Source of the DNA: Monocercomonoides exilis PA203
Taxonomy: Eukaryota; Protista; Preaxostyla
Direction of reading: 5' to 3'
Length of the DNA stretch: 64,000 nt
Assembly (NCBI GenBank): GCA_001643675.2
Contig: LSRY02000060.1
Coordinates: forward strand, 310,001 to 374,000
Shown here: piece after piece, positions 1 to 13,315 of the stretch
How the letters are laid out: each line of letters opens with the position of its first letter
How positions within the stretch are numbered: the first letter of the stretch is position 1
Notes under the pieces: generated by a model
What the model was told of the DNA's origin: nothing
Databases searched by the model: none
Seen by the model: the letters and a program-made list of their open reading frames with translations, nothing else
Position numbers and translations under genes: made by a program

Positions 1-2368
1 AATTTCTTCAATAATTTCTTTTGATTGATAACCTTCATCTTCCTCGATGCCATTTCTTACAACTTTGTCATAACAGCACAATTGTCCTTTATTTTATGTA
101 GTTTATGTGACACATAGTTCAATGCTTCAAAAAAACAGTCATTTGTTAGAGAATAACAAACTGACAGATGTGGTTGTTCTGAAAGAGTTTGAGATGAAGG
201 ATTTGAAGCGCAAATGATAGGTGAATGTGTGAATGATGAATATTCCGAAGTTGAAGAGGATTGTTGAAATGAGATTGATTGCTTTGGCTCTGAATTCAAC
301 GGTGTGCAAGAAATAGATTTTTCTGCTTCAAAAAAAGAAATTGAAAATTTATTTCGAATGAAATTTTGAAGTCCTGTTGGAGACAACACATACGATAACG
401 ATATAAATTCACCAGTGTTCCCGGTTTATATGTAATTATGGAATATTATTATAAAATTTTCAAAAACATTTTTCCATTCTGTTTCTTTAATAAATGAAAG
501 ATTTTATTCCATATTGCAAACCGAATGCATTCAGCACCTTTGGAAAGACATTTCCCATCTTTGTTCTTTCATTTTCCATTTCTAAATGCAATTTTTGAAT
601 TGGAAAAAGGAGAAGTTCTGTGATCATAATGTTTCTTATTTGATCGAATTTTAATAATTTTTCGAAAAATATCTTTTCTCGGTTTTTTCTTATAAAGTGA
701 CAAATAGAATACAAGCACAGCCATCTCGTTTGAATAAATGTCGGACATTTCCGTTTCAAGGATTTTTTCACAGAAGAAGTGCGGGCATTTTTTGCAAATT
801 CTGTAATAATTGTTTTCTGGTTCTTCAGAAAAGGGATTTCAGAAAACGCGTGTACAACAACCAAATTCAACAAATGATTCATACAGTAAACGAAAAATGG
901 AGCAGCCTATAAATTTTTAATTAGTAACTTTTCCTTATTTTCCATTGGAATTGAAATATTTTCAATTGCTTTTTTTTGAGGACTTAAGCCATCCGAACAA
1001 AAACAGCGAACATGCGCATTGATTAGTTCCAGTTCCCGAATTACTGTCCAAGCTAGTTTTCTGTACTGCTTTGCATTGTTGCAGTTCGGATATGCTTTCC
1101 AAAACACTGATGATGTATTTGGTACCAATGGAGCTATCGTAACAACTATGCACTTCTGATTTCCCACAACACCTGAATCCAACGAAACACAAACGCCCAT
1201 TCCCCTCAGTGGCAGCGTCACGCTTCTGTTTTGCAAACTCACTGTCATCAATAACCTTTCTTTGTATTTTCTTTCTTGTTAGGAATGGGAAAATGTTTGA
1301 CGGAGACAATCCTGGATTCATTTGAGATAAATGAATTAAGGCTGTGATAAAATTATTAAATTCTTTTGAAGACGCTGATAAGAAAGATATGTTGCAATGG
1401 TTTATTATTTTCGTAAATAATGTCTGTAAATTGGTGGATGTGCTCTGAATCAGTGTTCTTTCTTTGCTTTCCCTAATACGATCGATTTTTTGAAGAGCTT
1501 TCTGCTCTTTGAAAGAAAACATAATGCGATTTTCTAATAAAAAACAACGATGATTTCTTATTGCAACGTAACTGCGACGACCACTTGTTCCACATATTTG
1601 ATTTCCCCGAACATTTGGGCATAAATATTGTTTATGATATTCTTTTGTTGGAGAGCCATCAATGTTTGAAGGAAAAAATGACATCCATATTTGATTATTG
1701 ATGACCTCTAAAGATATTCTGGTTAAATATTCATTGTTTTTCTTTGTGTGCTTGTAAACTTTTTTTAAATAATCAAAGCAAAAACATATTAAATATTTAG
1801 TAACATCAAACTTGCTCCTTTTTCATTTGATCCCACTTGCTCCAGTTTTAGAAAACAGCATCCGTGATTGTTCAATTCTTCCTTTTTTTTTGCAAAAGCC
1901 AGTTTCTGATTAAGTGAAACAAAAAATCATGCTTCAATTATCAAAACAAAAGAAGCAAGTTATTAAACGCACAAACTATTTGATTATCCACCAAGGCATT
2001 CTGAAATTCACTTAAAAGATTTTCACATTCAAGCATGTTGGGTGTTGACATAAAAATTTGTCAAAGTCAAAAAAAGATCGACCAGTCTGTGACTTGGGCA
2101 ATTTCCAAAAAACTGATCCGATCAAAACCCATTAAAATGTGCTTTTTTTCTAAAAAAAAAATTATTGATCATTATATATTCAATAATTATTCTTTTGCTT
2201 TTTATCTTGATTTTTTTTTCATTTTGAAATAATAAAGTGTATGAAAAATGAACTGTTAAACTTATGAATTTTTAAAATTAATAAAAACTGTATATTGACT
2301 TCAATCATTTTCAAAGTCAGTCAATAGTATATTTTTTAAAGTCAAAAGTCTGAAGTCACCCAGGGTTA
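1..2368 (-). mobile_element. hAT element A; 5' terminus at 2368, other end outside the window
   Basis: GTCACCCAGGGTTA at 2355-2368 is the reverse complement of TAACCCTGGGTGAC, the terminus also at 11887 and 50983. A GTCA/TGAC subterminal cluster lies at 2295-2358, upstream of the transposase. Confidence 0.75.
57..1684 (-). pseudogene. hAT-superfamily transposase, frameshifted; 3' part runs off the window
   Basis: Consecutive minus-strand ORFs 962-1684, 907-1251, 487-882 and 57-389. They contain an N-terminal CxxxxxxxxCG...HxC Zn-finger-like motif, 'VSLDSG' (first catalytic D), 'FCSDG' (second D), 'NHLLNLVV' (CxxH region) and 'TRW'. Collinear with the transposase at 51633-54200. Confidence 0.75.
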
Positions 2369-2571
2369 TTTTCAAGTTTTGCATCTATTTATTAATTGGA
2401 AATTGATCTTTGCTATGCATTTTCATTCATTATTCTCATATTTATGGGTCATTTTTTAAAAAAAGTTTTTTCACGAGAAACAAAAAGTTATGCGAAAAAT
2501 CGGTCCATTCAAAAGTTTTTAAATAATTTATGCTTTTCAAGCATCACAAAATTAATCTTTAAAAACAGGAA

Positions 2572-3609
2572 TTGCAAAAGGAAGACAGTTTCACATATGT
2601 TCTCTTTTCCTTTTTCAATTGTATCGTCCATATAGCTCCGGAGAGATGCAGCCACGTTTGGCATCTAGCAATTTCTTCGATCAAATTTTCCACTCTTAAA
2701 AGCCAATGTACAACACTGCCCCAAGTGTGTGCTGTTCTGTCCAAAGGAAGCTGCTTCCCTCCTCTGCCGCTGTCTCCGCTGTCTTCGCTCATCTCCTTCT
2801 TTTCTGGCCTGTCGTCAGCCAAGTCGTATCAGGGCGGGCGATCAGCTGCTGCACGCGGGCTGGTCCCCTTTGCTCTCCGGGAAGCACGCACAACACTCCA
2901 AAACTCGTCTTTTACGGCATTTTCTTTGGGGCTGGAGGGAAGAGAAGCGAGAGATGCATACGGAGGAGGAGGAGGAGGAGGTGGTGGTGGTGGTGGAAGA
3001 AGCATTGGAGGAGGAAGAGAAAACAGAGAGAGCAAAGAAGAAGATGGAACCGCTGCTGAGACGGGATCGAAGGGGAAGATGAAACTGAAAAGGAAAAGGG
3101 AGATACGCCACATTGTGGACTCTGTTGTGCTGGGAAGAGGAAGAGTGGTGGGTTGTCTGGAGAAAGTGCTGCAGGATGAGAGGAAAGCGAATGAGAGAGA
3201 GCTGAACGGAGAGGAGTGGATGAAGAGAGAGGCGATGAAGGCAAGAAAGATGGAGGCAGAGGAAGAACACGAAGGCAAAAGGGAACGAAAGAGGAAGAAG
3301 GGAACAGAGGAGAAAGCGAAGGAGAAAACAAAGATTGAAGAAAAGGGCGAAAACAAAACGAAAGTTGAAGAAGAAGAAAACAAAGGAAGAAGAAACGAAT
3401 TGATTGAAGTGTCGAGCGATGAAGAGGATGAGAAAGAGAGAAGCAAAAAAGAAGAGAAAAAAGATGAACATTTGAAAGAGAAAGGAAAAGAGAAAGATGA
3501 ATTTGAGGAAGTTGAATTGAGCGAGGAAGAAGCAATGCTTGTTGAATCGATAAAACAGAACTGGGTTTTATTTAATCAGAATGCATCATTATATGCATCA
3601 TTATTATAA
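2572..3609 (+). CDS. Hypothetical low-complexity Gly/Glu/Lys-rich protein; true start uncertain
   Basis: 345-aa ORF with poly-Gly and an E/K-rich tract; no recognisable domain. Confidence 0.3.
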   Translation: MQKEDSFTYVLFSFFNCIVHIAPERCSHVWHLAISSIKFSTLKSQCTTLPQVCAVLSKGSCFPPLPLSPLSSLISFFSGLSSAKSYQGGRSAAARGLVPFALREARTTLQNSSFTAFSLGLEGREARDAYGGGGGGGGGGGGRSIGGGRENRESKEEDGTAAETGSKGKMKLKRKREIRHIVDSVVLGRGRVVGCLEKVLQDERKANERELNGEEWMKREAMKARKMEAEEEHEGKRERKRKKGTEEKAKEKTKIEEKGENKTKVEEEENKGRRNELIEVSSDEEDEKERSKKEEKKDEHLKEKGKEKDEFEEVELSEEEAMLVESIKQNWVLFNQNASLYASLL

Positions 3610-4399
3610 GATGAATTGTGAATTGATTTTTTCCGAATGAATAAATTCAACTTATTTGAATGAACTGAGTTTTTCTTAAATGAAGTCATGTAATTTTAAA
3701 TGGTTTAGGTGACACTTAAATTAAGTGCGAAACACTTAAATAAAGTTTTTATGAAAATGTGATGAACACTTATTATAATATTTTTATGTTTAATCTTTTT
3801 CATTATCAACAAAAAAATTGAAAAATTTAAAAAAACAAATATTTTTCTGTATTCTAAATCAATATTTAAAAAGTGTCTAAAAATGATTTTATTTAACAAA
3901 AAAGAGAGAGAAATGAATGCAAATATCATTTTGTCATCATTATTCTATTCCATTCCAACTTAAAAGTTCTTCAATCGATCTCTGTGTAATAAAATATCTT
4001 AAACAAAAATTTGTTTCTTTCGATGTTCTCAGAGAATTCAACAACAAACATAGCATATAAATTTTAAGCTCTCAGTCAAGTCGATAGGTTGAAGCTGCTT
4101 TCATCTTTGCCACTTTCTCCGTTGAATGGATATATTACATTTTCATTTAAAGATATTTTTCTCAAAGCTACTCAAATTTCTTCTTCATTGCATTCTTCTC
4201 CGCTCTCCACCATTACTGGTCTGTTGATTTCTTTGTAGGTCCCATTCAAATACCTTCGGATCCTTCGATATTATATCATAAACTATCTCCTTGTATTTTC
4301 TAGCTTCTTTTTTAACCCTTCTTATCGAATGGTTGCAATGATAAATGTAATCAGAACAATTAATAATGTCACAACGAATTAAATGATTTCAATCAATGC

Positions 4400-7188
4400 C
4401 CAAGATGATTTTCCTTCTTTCCCACTATAAGTTATTCTTTCATCTCATTTTGACTCAACCTCGCTTTCGTTCTTCAGAATAAAGGATTCAGTTGAAGCTG
4501 GAGATTCGACACTTCCAAATAAGATTTTCACAGACACTTCTGTTTCCTCAGATGCATTGAAACAATTGTTTCTAGAATGGCTGCATGAATCTCTGTTTTT
4601 CCTGCAAACTCTTCTGTTTGCAGCGGATCCACCTGGAGATTGTGAACCTAGCCATCGAAGGAATCAACCTGGAGGGATAAGCCACAGGGCAGGAGCAAGG
4701 AGCCAGCAAGATCAATCGCAAGGGTGTTGCCTTGCTGATGAGACTTCACTGAAGCCAGCTGCAGAATGAAGAACGGAGAGGCTCTTTCTGAAACAATTCC
4801 AGAAAGATTGCATCCCAAGTTCAATACCCAAAGTGATGAGTTTCCTTTTAAGCCATCTCCGCCTTTCAGACTTCGAATGTTCAGCAGCGCATGGTCTGAA
4901 CAGACGATATTGTTCCTCATGGATGGATAGCTTGTGACATTCGGGCTGTTATTGTCAAACAATCCAAATTGAACGGAGATGCTTCTTCCTGACACAGATA
5001 ACCCTCCTTTTAATGAATTGGCGATTGAGATGGCTTTCATTGCTCCTGAACAATTGGAAAGATCGATCATGAAGCCATTCCACTTGACCAAATCTTTGAA
5101 TAAATTTGTGTTCGATCTGGGCTGTTGTGGGAAAGTTTTTCCATCGAATGCACACGATATCATTCTTGCATTGGATTAGCCAGACAAAGAGGAGATGCTC
5201 CTTTTGTCTGAGGAAGATATACGTTTGTGGCTTGAGCAGTTATCAAATTCCCGCAACATAGACGAAGACGAAGCAGCCAAGCAGCACGGGCCAAGCGAAT
5301 TTCTTGTTATGTTTTGAAATGAAGACAGCTTCAAATGGAATGTCGAAGCATTCAATGTCACTCTCACTGCACACCCATCTACAAACACGATGTTTGAAAC
5401 AGCGAAGAAATTCATCTCAACATCCGTTTCTTGGCATTCAACAGAAACCAACGATTCACTTGAAACGTGAGCATCATTGAATTCCAAATGAATGCCCTGG
5501 ATGTTTGAATGCCCTCCCGAACCATCTGAGGAAAACACAATCACGCTTGATCCGCTCTGAGTTCCTCTCATCTAAATGTTCTGGAGCTGGCAGTCTTTGC
5601 AGTTGCGAAGAATGAGGCCTGATCCCTGAGCGCTGCAATTGGATGCATACACCTGCTGCATGAACAGCTTTGCCAGATCGTGGAAATCCATCAGCACTCC
5701 AGAAATAATATCTGTGAAATTCAGAAATGCACACGAGAAATATTCCCCACGACTTGCTGCCAGGCATGAAGAACTGAGACAGAGGCCAGCAAAAGTGCAG
5801 TCAGACATCGTCAATCTTCCACCGCTCATTTCAACAATCGAGCAATTCAGTTCAATTTCAGATCCTCCATCAGAAGCTTCTTGAGCAAAGATTGCGTCTG
5901 CAATCGACAAGTTGCTATCAGCAAGCGATATAAAGCTGGAATGAGAAGAAGAAAATGCGTTCCCAAACAAAAACGAAAGAAATTCCATTTTCACTCTCGA
6001 CGAGCACGAAACGAGACTACCCATCTTTCTTTCAATGCTGCTGCTCAGCACAACATTCCCCCTGGCGCCTTCCGCATCCAGTGATTTGATTGTCACATCG
6101 CGTGCATTTTCTTCGCTTGATTCCATGGTGTTTTTATTAATGACCTAATTGCTGTAAACAGAAGGAATGATGTGAGTCAGCGCAACATTCAGCGAAATGC
6201 AAGGCCCGCTCATCCCACCGCACTTCCGCGAATCAAATGCGTTGCTGGCTGATGAAGACGCAAATATCGTCTCGCTCTGAGACACAACAACAAGCAGCAG
6301 CAGATCTTGCTCGTCATAATAATTCTGAGCTGTGCATACCCACATCGCAAACTCACAAACAAACGGATGCTTGAAGTTGAGCTGGAAGAGCACAATACTG
6401 ATTTGAGATTTGATATATATGCATCTCACATGCAGCTCTCGTCCTGTGAATGCCTTGTAGTTCATGAAAGTTGTGTGTTCTGAGAGGAAAGGAAAATGAC
6501 CATCGCTCGTGATTGATGAGCAATCCAGGAATATTGCTCCTCCTCTTCCACTTTCTGAGCAGAAACACTCCGAGATAGCAGAAAAACGGCACTCGAAAAA
6601 GCCTCCTTCGCTCAGGCTCATGATCATTCCTCCACCTTTCTCGCTTTGGCTGCTTCCACAGTTCTTGATCAACGTGTTTTGCACAGACACGCTGCAAGGC
6701 TCGCTGCCAGTGCAGCTGATGATGGAGGGCTCAGATGGAGCATTTTGGAGGAGCGAATGGAGTGTGCAGCATTTCAGTTGCACTGTTGGACTGCCACCTT
6801 CATTCAATCTCTGCGACTCGCCTCTCCACTCAGCCTGCGCAAATACTGCCACAATGCTTTTGCACATCGGTTCAATATTGCTCATCATAGCATTTATCAT
6901 GTCAATGCTGCTTTCATGAGATGCCATCAAAATGTGACTTTTGCATTTGATCGATTGGAACGAGCAGAATGATATTTCGCATGTTCCAGACAAGCAGGAG
7001 ACGATGCAACAAGGAATGTCTGCTCGAGAAGCGCAGACAAATAGTAATAGAAAGACGATTGAATTACGTTCATTATTCAATGAAATAATGAAGGCTATTT
7101 TTTTTTGTTTTTTATCTTTTTCAAAAAGAAATATCAATTTCAAAAATTGGCAGGTTTTTTTCCCAGTCTTTGAATGTAATCGAGCCAA
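4400..7188 (-). pseudogene. Cys/Ser-rich right-handed beta-helix (pectin-lyase/Pmp-like) family gene, fragmented
   Basis: Serial minus-strand ORFs 6145-7188, 5572-6126, 5176-5571 and 4648-5163 with 'GGGM..', 'GRGGAIF' and 'CGGMSGPCISL' motifs; interrupted by stops and frameshifts. Confidence 0.6.
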
Positions 7189-8306
7189 TCAAAGTGCAAA
7201 AGCTAGTTGTTTGTGTGTATATTGATTCAATCCAATTTGTCATTCAACATAATATCAATTAACTTTATTGAATCTAAATAATAAAACATCATTCATTTCA
7301 ATATCCACTTTATACTACTTTTTATCCATATTAAACATATGAAAAAACATGTGGATTACATAATTGGAAAGTTCAACAATCGACGGATGAAATGTTGATA
7401 TATTTTTAATCGTTTGTTGGTGCAAACAATTTTTTACGGTTTAATAAATATTTTTTTCCTTTCGATCTTCGAATGAATTTGTCGAAAACAATAAATATCA
7501 TTAAAAAAACAACATTAACAATATACAATTCGCAATAGAGTGAATATCCGAACGCAAGGAGCAGGTTTGCTCCTCAATAATGAGTATTGTTCACGATTTA
7601 TGGGCGGTTTAAGATCTAACTTCGCCAATACTCAAATTCAAAGTTGATCCTAATTGTCCGCAATGAAAATGAAGCAACAACCTGTAACAATAGAACACAG
7701 AGACGGCGATGGAAGAGAATAAGATCAATTTTTGAAACTGGAAAGAGGAAAAATTATTATTGAAGAATTTCCCAGTATCTGAGCATGTTTGACAACATCC
7801 GGAACAGAAGATAGTGCACAGCTGAAAGAGCCGTACAGAGAGCTGCACATATTGAAGAGATAATATCAATAACAGAAGCTGCAAAACAGAGTGAGATAAT
7901 TATTTGAATTAGTAAAGCGTTGTGCCACAAGACAATTTCAGAAACTGAAACCACGAGAAATCGTGAGATATATAAACAAAATGAAGATATGATATTCTAT
8001 AGGTTTTAAAAAAGAATACAACTTCACATTATTTTGTTTATTTATTAGGAATAAGAACAACGTATTGAAGCAAGATATCGATATATTAAGAAAGTGCTTG
8101 ATATCGCAAGAATTTTTAGAGATAGATCCACAAATTGCAGAGAGATTATTTTGGAGAAAGAATTTCCTATCTAATGAAATTTCAAAATAATATTATATAC
8201 ATATACAATATAGAAGAGATATATTCATATAATGCTGTGGAATTCCAATTTAAACAAAACCAACGAGAAACAACAGAATATTGATAGAATTTGAAAGGAA
8301 GAAGAT

Positions 8307-8431
8307 CCGCGCATAGCCGCGAGACAAAGAGAGAAGAGAGAGCCGCGCTTTGCCGCGAGACAGAGAGAGAAGAGAGAGCCGCGCTTTGCCGCGAGACAGA
8401 GAGAGAAGAGAGAGCCGCGCTTTACCGCGAG
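8307..8431. repeat. 36-bp minisatellite, ~3.5 copies (GCCGCGCTTTGCCGCGAGACAGAGAGAGAAGAGAGA)
   Basis: Directly visible tandem units; degenerate relatives at ~8720-8880 and ~9280-9345. Confidence 0.85.
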
Positions 8432-11272
8432 ATCATGATTTGATTAAATGAAAGAGGTGCAGAGAATTGATGCGAGAGAGGGATAAATAGAGTATCTGCT
8501 TGATATGAAAAGAAGATTTATTGTGAAAAGAGCTGTGCAGTTACGCGAGATACCGATAAATACAATGACGAAATATTTATATTTATATAATGCAAGGATA
8601 TTTGTAATAATCGATACATATATTACAGCAATGTTTTAATAAAAGGATAATTTCATCACAGTTACAAGATAATTATTTGAAATGAAGCTGTGCATATTCG
8701 GGAGAGAGTTACAAAGAATCAAACCGAGTTGGATCTTGAGATAATGAGAAAAGAGAGAGAATAGAAAGTCGTGCTTTACCACGAGATTAAGAGAGGAGAG
8801 AGAGACCGCGTTCAATACCAAGACTATGAGAGGAGAGATAGCAGAGAACCGCGCTTCGCAGCGAGATGATAATAGAGATAGAAATCTCTGAAAATCGATT
8901 GGCTTTGCAAAGGAAATATTGACAAGCTGTATTACGAAACAATATTAAAACTGAATAAGTGAAATATCATTAATTTATAATTCGAAATGATACGTTTCAT
9001 TATAAGAGAAATTATCATATAAGGGAAACCGCTAAATATTACTGGACTGAGAAAAAAAAAAAAAAGAAATTTGTGGATTGTCGCGAGATAATAGTGGAGC
9101 AACAAAAAACTGATGATCGAAAGAGTTAATATGAAGAGAGAACCGAGTTTGCTGTGAGAAAAGGAGAGAAAGAAATTGAGAGAAATGGCGATTTGATAAT
9201 ACTATAAGAAACAGTGCATAATTACGAGATATGTGCAGATATAGAAACAGCGAAACTTTTCCAGAAGATTGAAGAAGTGAAATCCGCGAAGAATCTCGAG
9301 GAGAAGATAGAGCATGTGACCGCGGAAGACCGCGAGAGGCGGATACAGAAAAAAAGCTGAATAGTGCAGCTGAAATATATCAAAGAAGACTTCGCATATC
9401 TCAGCAAAAATGCCGATAGACGCACTCAGCCAGACTTAGAAGAAGCGGGACTATGCACTGAGAGTGTAAAAAGTCGCAGAGACATGTCAAACATTAGTAC
9501 CGAGAAGACTAGATATTATTGAAGACACCATTGCTCCGGTTCCCAGCGGAATTATTTGTAAACTATCCTCTTTAAAAAGGAAGAGAAAGATAGAATTGTT
9601 TATTTACGAGATTGAACTAGTCCATTATTGAGAAACATCGGATTGATCTCTAAAGAGATGAGAAATGATGACTAGAATTTTCCCCCATGAAAAATAATTA
9701 GTGTTAGACTGGAGAGGAAAATATATAAGAAGGAAACCTTTTCAAGCATGGAGAGAATACGTTGGAGCGAAGGACATATCAGCAGTAATATTGAGTAACC
9801 CAAATAGTGAAAGAGATACAGGGAGAGCTCTGCGAAGATTTACAATTCTTGAACAAGCAAAGTTCTGGTGATACTGACCCCCTCATTGAAAAAGATGCCA
9901 AGTGAATTATGGCAGAATTTATTGGGAACCAATCGAATACGAATTTTTCAAGTGGAGAGATCAATAAAGCTGAACGAAAAGTATTCGAGTCTATTAACAT
10001 TTTCAGAGAATTTGAGACGAATGAGAAAGATATTGATTCTTCTCCTAAACTCACGTTAGAGATATGCCGAGAAGTGGAAAACAATATTGATCAATGCAGG
10101 AATTAACAATTTTAACAAAATGTGGAAGACACCACATTTAACTCAATAGACACGCAAGCATCACAGAGGAGAGCCCCTATCCTCACAGAAATTTTGTAAC
10201 GTTTGAGCCAGCTGAGCTGGAGAGATTGAGAAGGTAGTGTTCTATATTGAAAGAGAATGCAGCATTAATAGAAGTGCAGATAAAGATAACATTAAGGAAG
10301 ACAATAAAAATCGATATTAACAAACATTCAAACTCACTCATCGATACAGAAGAAACGCTCCAACGTGAGTTGGATTTTTCCAGGATTATTTTAAAAAGAT
10401 GAACACGTGCGGTTGATATTAAAGATGGTGAGCCTGCAAATATGCAGAGAATAAAAGAAGAGTTAGAAGCTATTCAAAAAGAGTATGAAATACACGATCA
10501 TTTGACCGCGCTCTCGATTAGACATAAAGTTATAATACACATATCAAGAAGAAAATGTTGAGATTGGAAAGCGAGAAAGATACACGCAAGAGGGGAGCAA
10601 GGATCAAGAGTGGACAGAAAATTAAAAACATTTTTCTTGTTCAAGATATGAAATGGATCCTGTTGACGATCGACTTTCAAGAACCCCCTCGTGGAGAAGA
10701 AGAAAGGTTGGATATAAGTGGAGGAATGAAGGATATGTGAATCGAGAATGCAAATTCAGAGATGAAATATTGTATCAAATATGTATATATATATATACAT
10801 ATATCAGAAGCTGGGGGAGATGAAGATATGAGAAAAGGGAAGAATTTAAAGAGACAAGACTTCCTGAGCTAAGAAGAGAGAAAGTTGAGAGAAAGAACTC
10901 AATCACAACACAACTTATTCCGATCACTCGAGTGTCGGAGAACATCCCTCATAATTCCCAGCAGCGGAAGCGAACTGACTGGAAGCAGACACACTGCCTC
11001 ACAGAGAAAGAAGGGCACAGACCGGAGGAAGAATGGAGAAAGAAGTCAAGGTTATATAATAAAGAACTCAAGAGGAACGAATTCCCGGTCGAGAACACCT
11101 CGGAAACACCTCAAGAAATAAAGGGAGTAGAGACAATGGCCGCACCTTCATCCGCAGGCTCTCAACACATCCGCCGCACGATGACGTGCTAGGCAGGAGG
11201 GTTTAAGATCATTATATATAAATAAATAAATATAAAATTAAGTAAGAATAAATATTTAAAAAGGGATTTCAA

Positions 11273-11367
11273 AACTCATTATTGAGGAGAAAACCTGCTC
11301 CTTGCGTTCGGATATTCGCTCTATTGCGAATTGATAGAACGCAGTGAGACAGGATTTGATCCGAAAT
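11273..11367. repeat. Internal complementary region (ICR) of DIRS A
   Basis: ACTCATTATTGAGGAG...GCGAATTG is the reverse complement of the left end; ATAGAACGCAGTGAGACAGGATTTG is the reverse complement of the right end. Confidence 0.85.
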
Positions 11368-13315
11368 TATACTAACGCGGATGGAGAGACTCAGAGCGGC
11401 TGGGTGCGTCAGAGAGAAACATATTTGGAGGAATATGACGAGAAAAAGGGCGAGATATAGAAGGATAGAGGAAAAGATCAACCGCCCGAAGATATTAATG
11501 TGCACCTAGAACCTTTTTTGAGAAACATGGAAACAAATAAAAAGTTCAAGCATGATCCTACTCCTTTATAAGATTATTATTGTTTTTACAGAGAAGAATT
11601 GAATATTTAATATGCAGTGTGTGATGATTGGTGTTACTCTGCTGATGCAGCAGAAGAGCGGGAGGCAGAGCGCATCACATGCAGTTTTCTTTTCCACGCC
11701 TCGCGGAAGCGAGAGTGGTTTTTCTTTCTGCTCCGACCAGAATACTCGCCTCACCGGATCCCTGCACTGACTGCAGGAGAAAGCTCCGAGGGGCAATGTC
11801 CCCTGCCCTCTGGTCTTCGTGACCAAGGCAAAAAGGCGAAGAAGGTGGTGAAGTGAAGCGGACAATTCAAAATACACTTATTTTTGTAACCCTGGGTGAC
11901 GTGGTGACTTCTGACGTGACATTTTTTATTATTGACGGACGTAACAAAAAATACCACGTTACAAATCAAAACCATAATATCGATTAATTGTTTTAAAATA
12001 GTTAATGTTAAAAATATAATACATTTTATTTGATTTTTAAATCAGAAAAATACAGAAAAATGTTTTTCTCAAATCTTCCATAATTCATTTTTCACTGCCG
12101 TGTAAGCGGTGAACGGAATTTTGACACGTCACTAACGTCAGTGACTCCTGACTCCACTTCAAGTCAGTTTTTCAAAAAAATCAAAAAATGTGGAAGAAGA
12201 ATAAATAAAACAAATCAAATCAAAGAATTCATATGATTACATTTTTGTCAAAGATGCAACCATAAATTTTTGCTTTTCTTTTCATATTGCAACTATTTTG
12301 ATGGAAGAATAAATCATAACTCCAAAAAATGAAACCCTATAACACCAATTGAAGTTTATCACAATTGCATAAATATTTGAACTGGAATATTTACCAGGTA
12401 GAGACTTATTAAATATTAATCAAGAATTAATGTCTTATTCATTGTTAATCGAAATGAGAAAAGCTTCAAAAACCGTTTTTGAAGATCAAACATCTTTCAA
12501 GAATATGCTGAAACTTTAGAAACATTTTGAATCTCCCACTGGATTATTGATGAAAGTTTATTCTGTAAAAGGATTGCCGCAACTGCTTCTTATTTACAAT
12601 GGATAACCCAAAAATAAACAAGAAAAAATAAGAGCATATATACACAAAAAAATCTGAATGCTATTAATTGTTGAGGTTTGTGATGTTTTAATTGAATTAA
12701 CCTGTTGTTTGTTTTGACGAGCAATTCGAATTCTCATCAATAATAAAATAATTTCTTCTGCTTTTAAAGAACAAGGTTTTCAATTTTTGTGAACTTTTAT
12801 TGCTTCTCGTTTTCTTTAATTTCAAATGGTCAGCAGTTACTCATCATCCGCTTCTCTTGGCTGAAATTGTTTGGAATTCACTGTTAAAGCAAAGTTAATG
12901 AAGAGACCAGATAAATACATAACGACAAGAAGAGGAGGAGATACAGCTCGGAGAAACGAGATAGCAAGATTCTTTCTATTTATTAAAAGAATATTATGCT
13001 CAAACCAGTTATTCACGGTCAATTTTCAAAGAAAAAATGAAAAAAATTAAAGGATGTGTCTTTTTTTAATTGTTTTTGTTTATTCGTTCTATCGAAATGA
13101 AGTGCAGTTAATAATTTTGTTCAAGAATAGAATCTGATTTCTGTTTATTTTTTTCCCCGTGAAATTGTGATAAATGCAATAATTTTCATGAATAAAAATT
13201 TATCTTTCTCCTTTTTTTGGAATTCACATAATAATCAGAAACCACTAACAACATTTCAGTATAAAAATTTCTGTCAAGAAAATCAAACATTTCACCTTTG
13301 CTTGTTTTGACATCT

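Noticed and set aside
2706-3535. Multiple overlapping ORFs on both strands
   Set aside because: Stop-poor shadows of a purine-rich low-complexity tract.
8307-8431. CRISPR array
   Set aside because: Units are head-to-tail tandem copies without unique spacers; eukaryotic context and no cas genes.
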